Source: Candidatus Krumholzibacteriales bacterium
GTDB lineage: Bacteria; Krumholzibacteriota; Krumholzibacteriia; Krumholzibacteriales; WJIX01
Length of the DNA stretch: 64,000 nt
Assembly: GCA_046483305.1 (NCBI GenBank)
Contig: JAWODM010000014.1
Location: 32,001-96,000 of the forward strand
Reading direction: 5' to 3'
The position numbers and the translations under genes were made by a program. The first letter of the stretch is position 1. Every line of letters starts with the position of its first letter. This document shows positions 30,627 to 41,644 of the stretch, in pieces. Under the pieces are notes generated by a model, which made no database searches, had not been told where the DNA came from, and saw only the letters and a list, made by a program, of their open reading frames with translations.

Positions 30627-31583
30627 ATGACAGTCGGGAAAAAGAGAAGACTTGATTTTGAGGACCCGGTGTACGAACTGGAGGAGAAGATCGAAGCGGG
30701 AAAGCAGAGGGGGCTGGAACCGGAGTCCGCCGAAATGAAAAAACTGAGGGAGAGGCTGGAGGAGCTCGAAGCCAGAGTATACAGCGGGCTTTCCCCCTGG
30801 GAGGAGGTTCAGCTGGCAAGGCATCCCGACCGGCCCACCGCTGTTCAGTATATGAATGAAATTTTCGATGAATTCCTTGAATTTCATGGCGACAGGTATT
30901 TCGGTGATGACCCGGCGGTGGTTGGGGGGCTGGTTTCCCTGAACGGAAGAAGGATGGCGGTGGTAGGGCATGAAAAGGGGAGAAATACCAGGGACAGGCT
31001 CAAGCGCAATTTCGGAATGGCATCCCCGGAGGGTTTCAGGAAGTCGCTCAGACTGATGAGGCTGGCCGAAAAATTCGGGCTTCCGATTATCTCTTTCGTG
31101 GATACTCCGGGCGCTTATCCGGGGGTAGGGGCCGAGGAGAGGGGCCAGTCGGCGGCTATTGCTTCGAATCTCAAGAACCTGTTTGATATATCGGTGCCGA
31201 TTATAGTAATAATTATCGGCGAAGGCGGGAGTGGGGGTGCTCTCGCTCTGGCTGTGGGGGACATAGTCCTGATGATGGAGCATGCGGTGTACTCGGTAAT
31301 TTCTCCGGAAGGATGCGCCGCGATACTTTACAAGAACAAGGAAAAGGCGCCGGAGGCCGCGGCTTCGCTGAAGCTGACCTCGGCCAACTGCCTGAAGCTG
31401 GAAGTCATAGACGAGGTCATCAGCGAGTGCCATGGAGCCGCCCACCGGGACCTCCAGGGCAACGCCCGGAAGATAAAGGGGCTGATTATGCAGAAACTGG
31501 CGGAGCTGGACGGGGTGCCGGGTGATACCCTGCTGAAGAAGAGAGTGGATAAGTTCAGCAGAATAGGTATTTTTAACGGCTGA
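30627..31583 (+). CDS. accA: Acetyl-CoA carboxylase carboxyltransferase alpha subunit
   Basis: LARHPDRP, HGDR, DTPGAYPG, GEGGSGGAL, VISPEGCA. Confidence 0.97.
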   Translation: MTVGKKRRLDFEDPVYELEEKIEAGKQRGLEPESAEMKKLRERLEELEARVYSGLSPWEEVQLARHPDRPTAVQYMNEIFDEFLEFHGDRYFGDDPAVVGGLVSLNGRRMAVVGHEKGRNTRDRLKRNFGMASPEGFRKSLRLMRLAEKFGLPIISFVDTPGAYPGVGAEERGQSAAIASNLKNLFDISVPIIVIIIGEGGSGGALALAVGDIVLMMEHAVYSVISPEGCAAILYKNKEKAPEAAASLKLTSANCLKLEVIDEVISECHGAAHRDLQGNARKIKGLIMQKLAELDGVPGDTLLKKRVDKFSRIGIFNG

Positions 31584-31631
31584 AACGGATCAGTATAATT
31601 ACTGAAAAAAGACCTTTGGAAATATTGGCAC

Positions 31632-31661
31632 TTGACCTCGGTATATCTGATGTTCTATAAT
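31632..31661 (+). promoter_or_regulatory. Sigma70-type promoter heading the T9SS-like cluster
   Basis: TTGACC-18-TATAAT in an AT-rich intergenic region. Confidence 0.6.
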
Positions 31662-31769
31662 ATATATGTCAGCAATAAAATTAATAATTTACTTGAATTG
31701 AAACCCCTGAGTTTATGACCTGTGTCTGAATCAGGGTTTTATTATATTGAACCTGCAGAGGTTTTGAGA

Positions 31770-31940
31770 ATGACTGTGAGTAATGAGCTGCTGAGCATTC
31801 TGGCCTGCCCCAGATGTAAACAGGGGGTAAGGCTTGACAGCACGGAAGAATATATCATTTGCGACGGGTGCGGGCTTAAATATCCGGTAGAAGAGGATAT
31901 TCCCGTTATGCTGCTGGAAAGAGCAGAAAAAATCGATTAG
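31770..31940 (+). CDS. Trm112/YcaR family zinc-ribbon protein
   Basis: LLSILACPRCK...ICDGCGLKYPVEEDIPVML. Confidence 0.9.
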   Translation: MTVSNELLSILACPRCKQGVRLDSTEEYIICDGCGLKYPVEEDIPVMLLERAEKID

Positions 31941-31961
31941 ACTGAAAGAAGGGTAGTTCCC

Positions 31962-32369
31962 GTGACCGTATTCACCCATTTTTCTGCCGGGGCCCTGCTT
32001 GGCTATTTCTCTCCCGGGTTAGCTTTCGCCGCTTTCCTGGGGCTGTTGAGTCATCTGCTGCTCGATTATCTGCCGCATTACGACTTTGAGAATGTATGGC
32101 TGGAAATATTATTGGGCTGCGCCGTTCTGGGCTTTCTTATAGCGGGCAGGAGCTGCACCGCTAATATCTGTATGGGAGGACTGGTGGCGGTGCTGCCGGA
32201 TGTGGAGAATCTGCTCTGGAAACTGGGAGCGATCAGGCGGGAGAGGCGGATATTTCCATCTCACACCGGCCTGATACCCCACGGAAGGGAGGCCGGAAGA
32301 CTCAATCTGGCGGCACAGGTTGTTTTCTCTGCCACTGTTGTTGGTTTCCTGCTTTGGAGTAATAAATGA
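31962..32369 (+). CDS. Membrane protein with a metal-dependent-hydrolase-like His/Asp motif
   Basis: THFSAGA, SHLLLDYLPHYD, LPD; several hydrophobic helices. Confidence 0.65.
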   Translation: MTVFTHFSAGALLGYFSPGLAFAAFLGLLSHLLLDYLPHYDFENVWLEILLGCAVLGFLIAGRSCTANICMGGLVAVLPDVENLLWKLGAIRRERRIFPSHTGLIPHGREAGRLNLAAQVVFSATVVGFLLWSNK

Positions 32370-35300
32370 AAAGATTAATGATCATAATACTTGTTTTTGC
32401 CGTATCCACCCCGGCGCTGAGCTCCGAGCCTCAGGTGAGGATTATAGATTCTGACGGCAGGGGAATGGTTGTGGAGGTAACCAGCCCTCCTTACCGGAGA
32501 ATCCCCGGGCCTGGCGGCCCGGCCAGCGGAGGAGAGATAATAGAAGTTCCCGGTTATGAATTGATTATGGAAGAAGACAGGCCGGTGCTTCCTCGCCGCA
32601 GGCATCTGTTCTCGGTTGGTTCCGTCTCTGAGATAAAAGTAGAAGTTATTGAAACCGAAACGGAAATAATTGAGGGCGCCAAACCTGCCATATTCCATTA
32701 CGGTTTTGAAATCAATCAGAATTTATGGGAGGGGGCCGGAATCCTGCCCGAAAAGGATAACAGCTTTGTATTTCTCAGAAAAGCCGGACTATACAGGAAG
32801 AAACCCCTCGCCCTGGTAGAGGTCCGGCCGGTGATTTTCAATGAGGAAACGGGGCGGATGACATTCGCTTCCAGGATTTTATTCAGAATCTCTCACAGTT
32901 TCTCTGAGCCGGAAAGAGGAGCGGGCCTGCCCGGTTTCATACTGGGCGCAGGGGACGAAAGCCCCGTTTCGATAAGCAGGCCTGAAGCGCGGCATTCAGA
33001 TTTCCAGTTTGGAGAATCAGATCAGTGGGTGAGGCTGGAAGTTCCGGAAACGGGGATATACAGGGTCGATTATGACGCCCTTCATGATAATGGAATAAAC
33101 CTGATGGGGATCGATCCCTCCGGGATACGAATCTTCTCAGGGGGGCATTTCTCACAGAATACCAATCTTTTTCAGCAGCCGGAGTCAGTCGTGGACGGGG
33201 GAAGTTTCAAACAGGATTACAGTATGTCCGAGCATGCCATAAGGCTGGTTGGGATGGAGGACGGCACCTTCGATCCCGGCAACTATATTCTGTTCTTTGG
33301 CGTGGGAGTGGAAGGGTGGACTGATTATCTGGAACCTGAGGCGGAATCTCACGAACGTTACGACAATCTCTACGAAAAGAATAATGTCTACTGGCTGAGC
33401 CTGGGAGGAAACTTCGCAGGCGAACCGGCCAGAATGGAATCTCTTGATACCGCCCCCTCCGGCAGCTCGCCGGAGAACACCATTGATTCCTATATCGAGA
33501 GGCTCCATCTGGAGGAGGACCGGGAATATTTCCCGCTTATCTCCGACGACAGATGGGTATGGGATTTCCTGGTATCCGGGGGGAATAAATCCACCAGAAA
33601 GGAATTCAGCGTTCATGATATCGTGAGCAGCGGCTGCAGAATCAGAACTATCGGTTTCGGGGGAAAGGACAGCGTAACCGACCTGGCCAGGTGTTATCTC
33701 AATGACGTCCTGGTGGGGGAAATGGCCTGGATCGGCTCCGACGGCAGTTTCAACCCCGATACCCTTGATGTCAACGTATCCTCACTCAGAGAGAGCAGCA
33801 ACTACTTTGAATACCGGAAAACAGACAGCGGGATGGAGATGAATATATACTGGTATCAGGTTTTTTACGAGAGGTACCTCAGGCCCGATCCCGATTCCGG
33901 AGATCTTGATTTTTCCGCTCCGGGCGCCGGCGGATCCACCCGTTTCATCCTCACGGAGTTTTTCGGAGAAGACCCATTTATCTTCGATGTTACCGACTAT
34001 TACAATCCGGTATTACTGGAAGGAGCATATTCTTCCAATGATTCGGTGATCTTCGATTACGGGCTCGGCACATCTTCCGGGCATTTCATGGCGGTTACCC
34101 CTTCCGGCATAAAGGAACCCGGGATAGAGAATTCAGGCAGTATTCCTTCGTTGAGGGATGAACAGGCGCCTTCCTCCATGGTTGTGATATACCACGGCGC
34201 CTTCGAGGAAGCCGCTCTCGAGTATGTGGCGCACCGTTCCGGAAATAATTCTCCGGGTGTGATAAGGGCGGTGGATATAGACGATGTCTATAATAATTTC
34301 TCCGGCGGGCTGAAGGATCCCCTGGCAATAAGAAATTATCTGAAATACCTGTATGACAACTATTCAGAGGGCGGGGAACCGGCGATAGAATACGCCCTGC
34401 TGATGGGAAAGGGAACTTTCGATCCCAAGGATATCAAGGGGGCGGGGAAGGATTTCATTCCATTCTTCTACAGGACCGTGGGGGGATTTAATGTTTTCGT
34501 GGAATACGATGACTTCCTGGCCAGGCTGGACGACACCGGCGACGACTTCGTGGATATCGCCATGGGAAGGCTGCCCTTTCAGAATTCGCAGGGGGCGGGT
34601 AATTACATGGACAAGCTCCGGGGTTACGAAGCGGAAGATAACAACGGCGCCTGGAAGAATAAACTCATATTCGTGGCCGACGATGAACATCAGGGAGACA
34701 GCCACACGCAGTTTGAGCATATGCAGCAGACCGAACGGATGAGTTCCAACGCAATTAAGCGGGATCATTTCGATATCAGCGAAGTTTATCTTCACGAATA
34801 TCCATTTGACGGTTCCACCAAACCGGAGGCCGCGGCGGCTCTCGCGGAGGAATGGAATGAGGGAGGTCTGCTGGTCTGTTATTTCGGACACGGTTCTCCA
34901 TACCAGCTGGCGGACGAGCTGGTACTTAAGAAGTCAGATATATATTCTCTGAATAACGGTAACCGGCTGCCCCTGTTCCTGCCTCTTTCCTGTTCGGTGG
35001 GGGATCAGGAAAAGTTATATGATACATCCCTGTCGGAAGATCTGATCCTCGCCGAAGGAAGGGGGGCTATTGCCTCCATCGCGGCGGTGACCATAACACT
35101 GCCCACCTGGAATGAGGATATGTGCCGTCTCTTTCTGCTGAGGTTGTGGCCGGAGGGGACCCTTGATTCCGAAACGGTGGGGAAGGCCCTGAGTTACGCT
35201 AAAATAAACAGCCTGACCGCGTATCCCTATATCCTTTCCGGCGACCCCTCCATGAAAATGGCAATGCCCGAGCTCAACGTCAGGCATGATTACTCCACCA

Positions 35301-36280
35301 TCGACACCCTGGTTACCGGGTTCAGATACTCGGAGAGGGGTTCGGTAATGGTGGATGGCTCTCTTGACCCCGGGTTCAACGGAACCGCCGAAATAATCGT
35401 TCGGGAAGCAGAAAAGCGGTTTGAAGTTAATAATTATGATTATAACCACGAGGGCGCGGTAATGTACCGGGGAACCTCGGAGATAACCGGAGGTATATTC
35501 GATTTCCAGTTTGTAGTGCCTCTTCGCTGCAGGATAGGCGACCGGGCCAGGCTTAGAAGTTATGTCTACAGCGATGATTACCGTGACGGCGTGGGCGCCT
35601 GTGATACCCTCAGGATTATCCAGAATTCCACGCCTCCGGCAAACGACGGGCCTCCCAGAGTCAGCATGTACTTCAACAATATGGCTACCAGGGTTAAAAA
35701 GGGCTCGCGGCTGTTTGTTGATATAGCTGATGATAACGGTATAGCCATACTGGGCAAGGATCCCCAGAATTCGATATTGCTGGAGTTCGATGACAGCGGA
35801 TACCCCATACAGGTTACGGATTATTTCCAGTATGATCATAATTCATACACCAGCGGAGGGCTGGAATACTCACTGAATGAGGATTTTGATATCGGAGACC
35901 ACTCGGTTCTCCTGAGGGTATTCGACAATCTCGGGGAGATGTCGACCGATACCCTGAACTTCTCCATAGTCGAAGAGGGGGTGCATAAGATAAGTGATGC
36001 CTTTAACTTCCCCAATCCGCTGAGTGAGAGCACCAATTTTGTCTTCCAGCTTACCTCGCCGGCGAAGGTGAAATTTGCGATTTATAATCTTTCCGGAAAG
36101 AAGATCTGGGAGAGAAGGATCAGCGCAGTGGAAGGATACAACAGCATTTACTGGGATGGAACGGATTATGCGAATAATACTGTCGCTAACGGAACTTATA
36201 TATACCTGATAGACGCGAAATTCCCCGGAACACTGGGACGAAACGAGAAAGTGAAGGGCAAGGTGGTAGTTCTCAAATAG
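32366..36280 (+). CDS. porU: T9SS sortase PorU-like C25 peptidase with CTD
   Basis: GIYRVDY, VYNNFSGG..DP.AIR.YL, DIAMGRLP, FVADD, catalytic GHG and SC; CTD FPNP..IYNLSG..NGTYIY..KVVVLK. Confidence 0.85.
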   Translation: MKRLMIIILVFAVSTPALSSEPQVRIIDSDGRGMVVEVTSPPYRRIPGPGGPASGGEIIEVPGYELIMEEDRPVLPRRRHLFSVGSVSEIKVEVIETETEIIEGAKPAIFHYGFEINQNLWEGAGILPEKDNSFVFLRKAGLYRKKPLALVEVRPVIFNEETGRMTFASRILFRISHSFSEPERGAGLPGFILGAGDESPVSISRPEARHSDFQFGESDQWVRLEVPETGIYRVDYDALHDNGINLMGIDPSGIRIFSGGHFSQNTNLFQQPESVVDGGSFKQDYSMSEHAIRLVGMEDGTFDPGNYILFFGVGVEGWTDYLEPEAESHERYDNLYEKNNVYWLSLGGNFAGEPARMESLDTAPSGSSPENTIDSYIERLHLEEDREYFPLISDDRWVWDFLVSGGNKSTRKEFSVHDIVSSGCRIRTIGFGGKDSVTDLARCYLNDVLVGEMAWIGSDGSFNPDTLDVNVSSLRESSNYFEYRKTDSGMEMNIYWYQVFYERYLRPDPDSGDLDFSAPGAGGSTRFILTEFFGEDPFIFDVTDYYNPVLLEGAYSSNDSVIFDYGLGTSSGHFMAVTPSGIKEPGIENSGSIPSLRDEQAPSSMVVIYHGAFEEAALEYVAHRSGNNSPGVIRAVDIDDVYNNFSGGLKDPLAIRNYLKYLYDNYSEGGEPAIEYALLMGKGTFDPKDIKGAGKDFIPFFYRTVGGFNVFVEYDDFLARLDDTGDDFVDIAMGRLPFQNSQGAGNYMDKLRGYEAEDNNGAWKNKLIFVADDEHQGDSHTQFEHMQQTERMSSNAIKRDHFDISEVYLHEYPFDGSTKPEAAAALAEEWNEGGLLVCYFGHGSPYQLADELVLKKSDIYSLNNGNRLPLFLPLSCSVGDQEKLYDTSLSEDLILAEGRGAIASIAAVTITLPTWNEDMCRLFLLRLWPEGTLDSETVGKALSYAKINSLTAYPYILSGDPSMKMAMPELNVRHDYSTIDTLVTGFRYSERGSVMVDGSLDPGFNGTAEIIVREAEKRFEVNNYDYNHEGAVMYRGTSEITGGIFDFQFVVPLRCRIGDRARLRSYVYSDDYRDGVGACDTLRIIQNSTPPANDGPPRVSMYFNNMATRVKKGSRLFVDIADDNGIAILGKDPQNSILLEFDDSGYPIQVTDYFQYDHNSYTSGGLEYSLNEDFDIGDHSVLLRVFDNLGEMSTDTLNFSIVEEGVHKISDAFNFPNPLSESTNFVFQLTSPAKVKFAIYNLSGKKIWERRISAVEGYNSIYWDGTDYANNTVANGTYIYLIDAKFPGTLGRNEKVKGKVVVLK

Positions 36281-36374
36281 TATCCTGAATCTTTCCGGGG
36301 AGCGGAATGTTTACTGCTTGACCGGGTAAGGTAACAATTATTATTTTAAGGTGGTATCAAAGAGAGGAAATGAT

Positions 36375-37373
36375 ATGAAAAAAATTACTGCAGCTTTGTT
36401 GTCAGTCTTAACAGCAATTCTTCTGATCCCCGCCGGCGATACCTTCGCTCAGGGACAGGCGGGAGCATACTGTCTGAAGATAGCGCCCGGCGCAAGAGCT
36501 AATGGAATGGGTGGAAGCAGTGTGGCTATGGTCGAGGACGCTACCAGTCTCTGGTGGAACCCGGCCGGAATGTCCATGCTGGAATATTCAATGGCGGATA
36601 TAATGCATACCAAACTGGTACCTACACTGGCCGCCGATGTTTTCTTTGAATATGCCGGCATAGTTCACCACCTGGGTAGCGGGATCAGTGTGGGGTTCGC
36701 TTTTCAGTACCTCTCCTACGGCGAGTGGGTGGCCACCGATGAAGGCGGAGAAGAGCTCGGAAACGCCAGCAGTTACGAGATGTCTCCCATGGTAGGCGCC
36801 TCCATGAAACTGGGCGAGAATTTCAGCGTGGGTATGAACTTCAAGTTTGTATATATCGATCTGGCGCCGAAGTGGGCTACGGTGGAGGGAGAAGAAGGTG
36901 TGGGGCATTCCGTGGGCCTGGATATAGGATGCCTTTACAGGATCCCTGAATTCAGCTATGCCGGCTACAGGGTAACCGGATTGCGGCTGGGAGCGGCCAT
37001 ATCCAACCTGGGGCCGTCCATTACCTATATCGACAGCGATCAGGCGGCCCCTCTGCCCCGGACCGTCAGGGTAGGGTTCGGTTATACCGCAGTCAGCAGC
37101 GAGCTGTTCGAGGTGAACGTGGCAGGTGACGTGGAAAGGCTGCTGATAGACGGAGATATCGATCCGATATATCATGCCGGGAGTGAGTTCGTCTATACCG
37201 ACCTTTTCGCGGTCAGAGTCGGTTATCTGTATGATAAGGACGGCGACGTCAAGGGTGTAAGCTACGGGCTGGGATTCAATATAAGCAACCGCATCAGGAT
37301 TGATTACGGTAACGTTCCCCAGCATGAGGACCTTGACAGAGTGCACCGATGGTCACTGGGCCTTAATTTCTAG
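36375..37373 (+). CDS. porV: PorV/PorQ (FadL-like) outer-membrane beta-barrel
   Basis: LKIAPGARANGMG, DATSLWWNPAG, SNLGP, LPRTVRVG, C-terminal Phe; directly follows porU. Confidence 0.82.
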   Translation: MKKITAALLSVLTAILLIPAGDTFAQGQAGAYCLKIAPGARANGMGGSSVAMVEDATSLWWNPAGMSMLEYSMADIMHTKLVPTLAADVFFEYAGIVHHLGSGISVGFAFQYLSYGEWVATDEGGEELGNASSYEMSPMVGASMKLGENFSVGMNFKFVYIDLAPKWATVEGEEGVGHSVGLDIGCLYRIPEFSYAGYRVTGLRLGAAISNLGPSITYIDSDQAAPLPRTVRVGFGYTAVSSELFEVNVAGDVERLLIDGDIDPIYHAGSEFVYTDLFAVRVGYLYDKDGDVKGVSYGLGFNISNRIRIDYGNVPQHEDLDRVHRWSLGLNF

Positions 37374-37399
37374 AATCCCCTGGAAAGGTTATTATTGAG

Positions 37400-40300
37400 T
37401 TGCGCTTAATTCGATATAGATGGTTATCTGCTGCGTTGCTACTGGTATCGTTAATCTTTCCGCGAACCGGAAGCGCTTCGGACAAACTGCCGGTTCTGGA
37501 AAAACTCCCCTCGGGGAACCTGATCATAACGGGCCGCTACACGGCTGGCCGCCGGGAGAACTATCCGCGAAGAAGAAGGTTTAATTACGACCGGCCGTCC
37601 ATGAGGGAATTCAAAAGGAGGGATGCCAGGCCTCCCCTTCGGTCTTCCGCGGAAGTATCCGGAACCCGGCACGTAGCCCTGATAAGAATAGGATTCAATA
37701 CTGACCGGAAAGACGGCCTTTCCAGCCTGGATATAAATGCCGGCGAGGGTGGGTTTATCCTGGAGCCGGATCAAGACTGGATTATAGATCCCCCTCCGCA
37801 TGACAGAGACTACTTTAACGCACATATGACCTGCCTGAGAAACTATTATCATGCTCAGTCCTGCGGCAGGCTCGATATTACCTGGGAAATATTCCCCGCC
37901 GCCGACAACAGCTGCTACAAGCTCTCCGACCTCGCCGATTACGGGCCCGGAAGCGGGATGTGGACAACCGGCCAGCTGGTTGATTTTGTTCACGCCTCTC
38001 TGGATGTAGCCGATCCGGATGTTGACTATACCCGGTTCGATGCAGTGATTATAGCTCACGCCGGTCCAAATCTTCAGAGCGACGTAAACAATGATACCCC
38101 CAATGATGTCCCGTCATTCTTCGCCCGGCTGGGAGATGAAGACCGGTTTGAAACCGGCGACGGATTAATAATTACCGATTGTTCGGTAATTCCGGAGACC
38201 GGTATTCAGGATGGTTACTACTCCGGCATTTCGGCTGTTCTGGCCCATGAATTCGGCCATCAGCTGGGCCTTCCGGACCTGTACGATATTACCAGCGGCG
38301 GAACCGGCATAGGGATCTGGGGCAATATGGGAAGCGGCGGCCAGCTGGGAGTATCTCTGGGAGGGGAGCGGATAGACGGGATTATTCCTGCCGGCCTCAG
38401 CGCCTGGTCCCGGTACTACCTGGGATGGGTCGAGGCGGATACCGTGGAATCTTTCAGAGAGGCCATGGAGATTCCCGCCGTGGAGAAGGTTCCGGCTGAG
38501 ATAATAAGGATAGATATATCCAATGACGAATACTTTCTTATAGAGAACAGGTGCGTGGAGATTGATCAGTATCTGACTCTCCTGATAGCCGACCAGGAAA
38601 CCGGTGTGGTGCTGGGTGTCTACAACTGCAAAAACTGCACGGAAGAGAACATTTACGACGATGGATTCATTTATGATCTTGAACTCTCCACCGAATATGA
38701 CTGTCTTCTGCCGGTGGACCCGGATCTTCCCGCGGGGCCGTTTGACATTAAGCCTGATTTCGGGCCTGGCCTGCTGATATGGCACATAGACGAGAGGCTG
38801 ATTGCGTCCAGGTGGGAGGATAACACGCTCAACAGCCGAGAACCATTCTCGATAAGGCTTATGGAAGCCGGGGGGGTTCTGGATATAGGCGATCCCACTT
38901 CGCCGCTCAGCTACGGCAATTACGATGACGCTTATTACCAGGGCAACAGCAATAGCTTTTCAGATGTGACCATACCCGGCGCGTGGAGTAATATGGGAGT
39001 CCCTTCGGGGGTGACGGTGGAGAATATCTCGGCCAGGGATACTGTGATGACTTTCGACGGAGGAAGAAGGGCGGTTCTTGAAGCGGGGAATATATTCGCC
39101 GATACGCTCCCTGCTGCCGAATGCCTGTTACCGGTGGGGAGCCAGCCCGGAATGCTGGCGGTTGATCATCAGGGAAACGGCTGGCTGGACGGGATGCCAT
39201 TCCCGGTTTTCAGCATTGGCTCTTCCCCGCTGCTTCCTTCTGCTTACGGGCCGGGTTTCGCGCTTGGCGGGGATGCGGTAATTATAGGAGATGCGGAAGG
39301 GTATATTCACGCGATTTCTATCTCAGACTGGTCTGAGGCTGGCGGGAACTGGCCGGTTGCCACCTCCGGATTGAGCGCATACCCGGTGGTTATGGAAATG
39401 GAAACAGGAATGGCGGTGGCGGCTGCGGATGAGGAGGGCAGAATTTCCGTGTTGAACAGCTCGGGCGTGGAAGAATATTCGTTTCAGCTGCCGTCAGGAC
39501 AGGTAAACGCGGCTAACATTTCGGCTGTGGTCGATTCTGCGGGGCTTACCGGCCGGCTGATCTTCTTATCGGCGGGGGACAATTCGGTATACCTGTGGTG
39601 GTGGAATTTCATCCTCGGAGAGTCCGAATCCGTGAGACTTCCGGTTTCAGCTGATGAAGTATCGGGCGCCGCTGCACTGGCTGCCGGCGATATCCTGCCC
39701 GGGAAAACGGGTTTGGAGGTATATCTGACCGCTCTGCGGGCGGGAAAGATCTATCTCTGCTCCGCTGACGGGGTAATATTCGAGAGAGATCTCGGCCAGG
39801 GGGTCCAGCCCCCCGCGGTGGTGGATATCAACGGAGATACCGTTCTGGATATAGTAGTTACCGACGGAGAGTCCATATATGCCATCTCAGCTTCGGGGGC
39901 CAATCTTACCGGCTGGCCCAGGAAGATTAACGGCATGCATAATTTCCGGCGCAGGCAGAAGATAGCCGTTCCGGTTTCCGCTGTCGGAAGCGGAGGCGGG
40001 GCCAGGGTGATTGCCGTTTCGACGGACGGAATTATATTTACTCTGGATCACCGGGGGGAGCTGCTGGGCGGCGGCTATCCTGAAAGGATAGCCGGATCGG
40101 TAAGACAGGCGCCGCTATTTGTCGATATGGGCGGAGAAGGCGCTTTCGGTTTTATCGATGTCCTGGAGAACGGGACCGGAGAATATTACCAGAACAGGCC
40201 TGAGGCAATCAGAGTCAAATGGAGATCCGGGCCTTTCCGGCCGGATGAGATAGCGACTTCCTGGTTCGGCTCAAGCGCTGATGCAATGCGAAGATCGTTT

Positions 40301-40624
40301 GCGACTGGAGTGGGTAGATGGAGCAGCCCCTCGGCGAATTGGGCCGCCATGGACGATAACCTGATAATTTATCCGAACCCGGTTGAGGGGGGAAGGGCCG
40401 GTTTTCAGTTCAGGGCTCCTTCCGGATCTCACGCTTCTCTGATGGTATTCAATATTTCCGGAGAGATCGTGCTCCAGAGGGAAAAGAGGTGTGAGGGAGG
40501 AGAGGAACATGAAATACCGGTACAGCTGTCCGGCACCGGTTCCGGGGTTTACATCGCCCGCCTGGTGATTACCTCCGGAGGAAGAAGCTTCAAGACACTT
40601 AAGAAATTTGCTGTAGTAAATTAA
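37400..40624 (+). CDS. Immune inhibitor A-like (M6) metalloprotease with propeller/FG-GAP region and T9SS CTD
   Basis: IIAHAG, AHEFGHQLGLPDLY, EYFLIENR, GLLIWHID; CTD YPNP..FNISG..GSGVY..KKFAVVN. Confidence 0.85.
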   Translation: MRLIRYRWLSAALLLVSLIFPRTGSASDKLPVLEKLPSGNLIITGRYTAGRRENYPRRRRFNYDRPSMREFKRRDARPPLRSSAEVSGTRHVALIRIGFNTDRKDGLSSLDINAGEGGFILEPDQDWIIDPPPHDRDYFNAHMTCLRNYYHAQSCGRLDITWEIFPAADNSCYKLSDLADYGPGSGMWTTGQLVDFVHASLDVADPDVDYTRFDAVIIAHAGPNLQSDVNNDTPNDVPSFFARLGDEDRFETGDGLIITDCSVIPETGIQDGYYSGISAVLAHEFGHQLGLPDLYDITSGGTGIGIWGNMGSGGQLGVSLGGERIDGIIPAGLSAWSRYYLGWVEADTVESFREAMEIPAVEKVPAEIIRIDISNDEYFLIENRCVEIDQYLTLLIADQETGVVLGVYNCKNCTEENIYDDGFIYDLELSTEYDCLLPVDPDLPAGPFDIKPDFGPGLLIWHIDERLIASRWEDNTLNSREPFSIRLMEAGGVLDIGDPTSPLSYGNYDDAYYQGNSNSFSDVTIPGAWSNMGVPSGVTVENISARDTVMTFDGGRRAVLEAGNIFADTLPAAECLLPVGSQPGMLAVDHQGNGWLDGMPFPVFSIGSSPLLPSAYGPGFALGGDAVIIGDAEGYIHAISISDWSEAGGNWPVATSGLSAYPVVMEMETGMAVAAADEEGRISVLNSSGVEEYSFQLPSGQVNAANISAVVDSAGLTGRLIFLSAGDNSVYLWWWNFILGESESVRLPVSADEVSGAAALAAGDILPGKTGLEVYLTALRAGKIYLCSADGVIFERDLGQGVQPPAVVDINGDTVLDIVVTDGESIYAISASGANLTGWPRKINGMHNFRRRQKIAVPVSAVGSGGGARVIAVSTDGIIFTLDHRGELLGGGYPERIAGSVRQAPLFVDMGGEGAFGFIDVLENGTGEYYQNRPEAIRVKWRSGPFRPDEIATSWFGSSADAMRRSFATGVGRWSSPSANWAAMDDNLIIYPNPVEGGRAGFQFRAPSGSHASLMVFNISGEIVLQREKRCEGGEEHEIPVQLSGTGSGVYIARLVITSGGRSFKTLKKFAVVN

Positions 40625-40634
40625 GGGAGTCAGG

Positions 40635-41630
40635 ATGTCAAGAGCAGGAAAGCGCATCACGGCGGCAGCGGTTCTGATACTGTTTCAGGCGGCCGGAAAT
40701 TTCTCGGAGGCAGAAGGCAGCGGCCTTCTGACGGCTCCTTCCAGTCTGAAACTTTCCCATTCCGAAAGAATCGAAAGCAGAAGGAACGAAAGACTGGTCT
40801 CAATATTCGATCAGAACAGAGATTTCAGAATCGCCTCCGGCGGCAGCTCGGAGGAGGCCCTTCGCCTCAACGGGGAAAGGATTCTTTCTCCCGGTATGGT
40901 GGCACCTGACAGGGATTCCGGGCCATACACCGCTGCCGGCAGGAGAAAAAGGAATATGGCGATATCGATTATCGGCTCGGCCCTGCTTCCCGGGCTGGGC
41001 GAGATGTATATGTATTCCAGAACCGGAGAAAAATCGATCCTTGGCCGGGCTCTGGGGTTTATCGCGTTCGAAGCGTACCTGTGGTACGGATATTTGCACA
41101 ATCACGACAGGGGCAAGGATTTCAAGCGTCAGTACGAAGAATACGGCGACGCTCACTGGAGCCAGGAAAGGTTCCTTCAGAACCATCCGATCTGTTATAC
41201 TACCTTTCAGGGGGGGTGCGACAGCTGGCAGCAGTACAATGAGATAGGTTCAGATGATCACTCTTCAGAATATTTCTATTTCTTCTATACCGCCAAAGAG
41301 GTGGACAGGGAGGAATATTACGAGAATATGGGCAAATACGATGCCTTCCTCTACGGCTGGGACGACTGGAACGGGGAGTACCTGCACGAGGGGGGAGAGC
41401 CCAACTACTGGACCCCTCATAGAACGTATTACTGGGACCTTCGGGGAGAGAGTAATAAATACCTGCTCAGGGCGGATTACCATGTAATGGGAATGATCGC
41501 GGCCAGGGTTGTTTCGATGGTCCAGGCCGGATGGATAGCCCACAACCGGGGGTCAGCGCCGGAGGAATGGTCTCTGGAGATAGACAAATCACCCCTGGAT
41601 TACAGATGCAGCATTAACTACAGGTTTTAG
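40635..41630 (+). CDS. Hypothetical envelope protein (DUF5683-like), paralog of the next gene
   Basis: Signal peptide, SALLPGLGEMY, YYENMGKY, C-terminal INYRF. Confidence 0.65.
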   Translation: MSRAGKRITAAAVLILFQAAGNFSEAEGSGLLTAPSSLKLSHSERIESRRNERLVSIFDQNRDFRIASGGSSEEALRLNGERILSPGMVAPDRDSGPYTAAGRRKRNMAISIIGSALLPGLGEMYMYSRTGEKSILGRALGFIAFEAYLWYGYLHNHDRGKDFKRQYEEYGDAHWSQERFLQNHPICYTTFQGGCDSWQQYNEIGSDDHSSEYFYFFYTAKEVDREEYYENMGKYDAFLYGWDDWNGEYLHEGGEPNYWTPHRTYYWDLRGESNKYLLRADYHVMGMIAARVVSMVQAGWIAHNRGSAPEEWSLEIDKSPLDYRCSINYRF

Positions 41631-41644
41631 GGAGGAGATAGAAT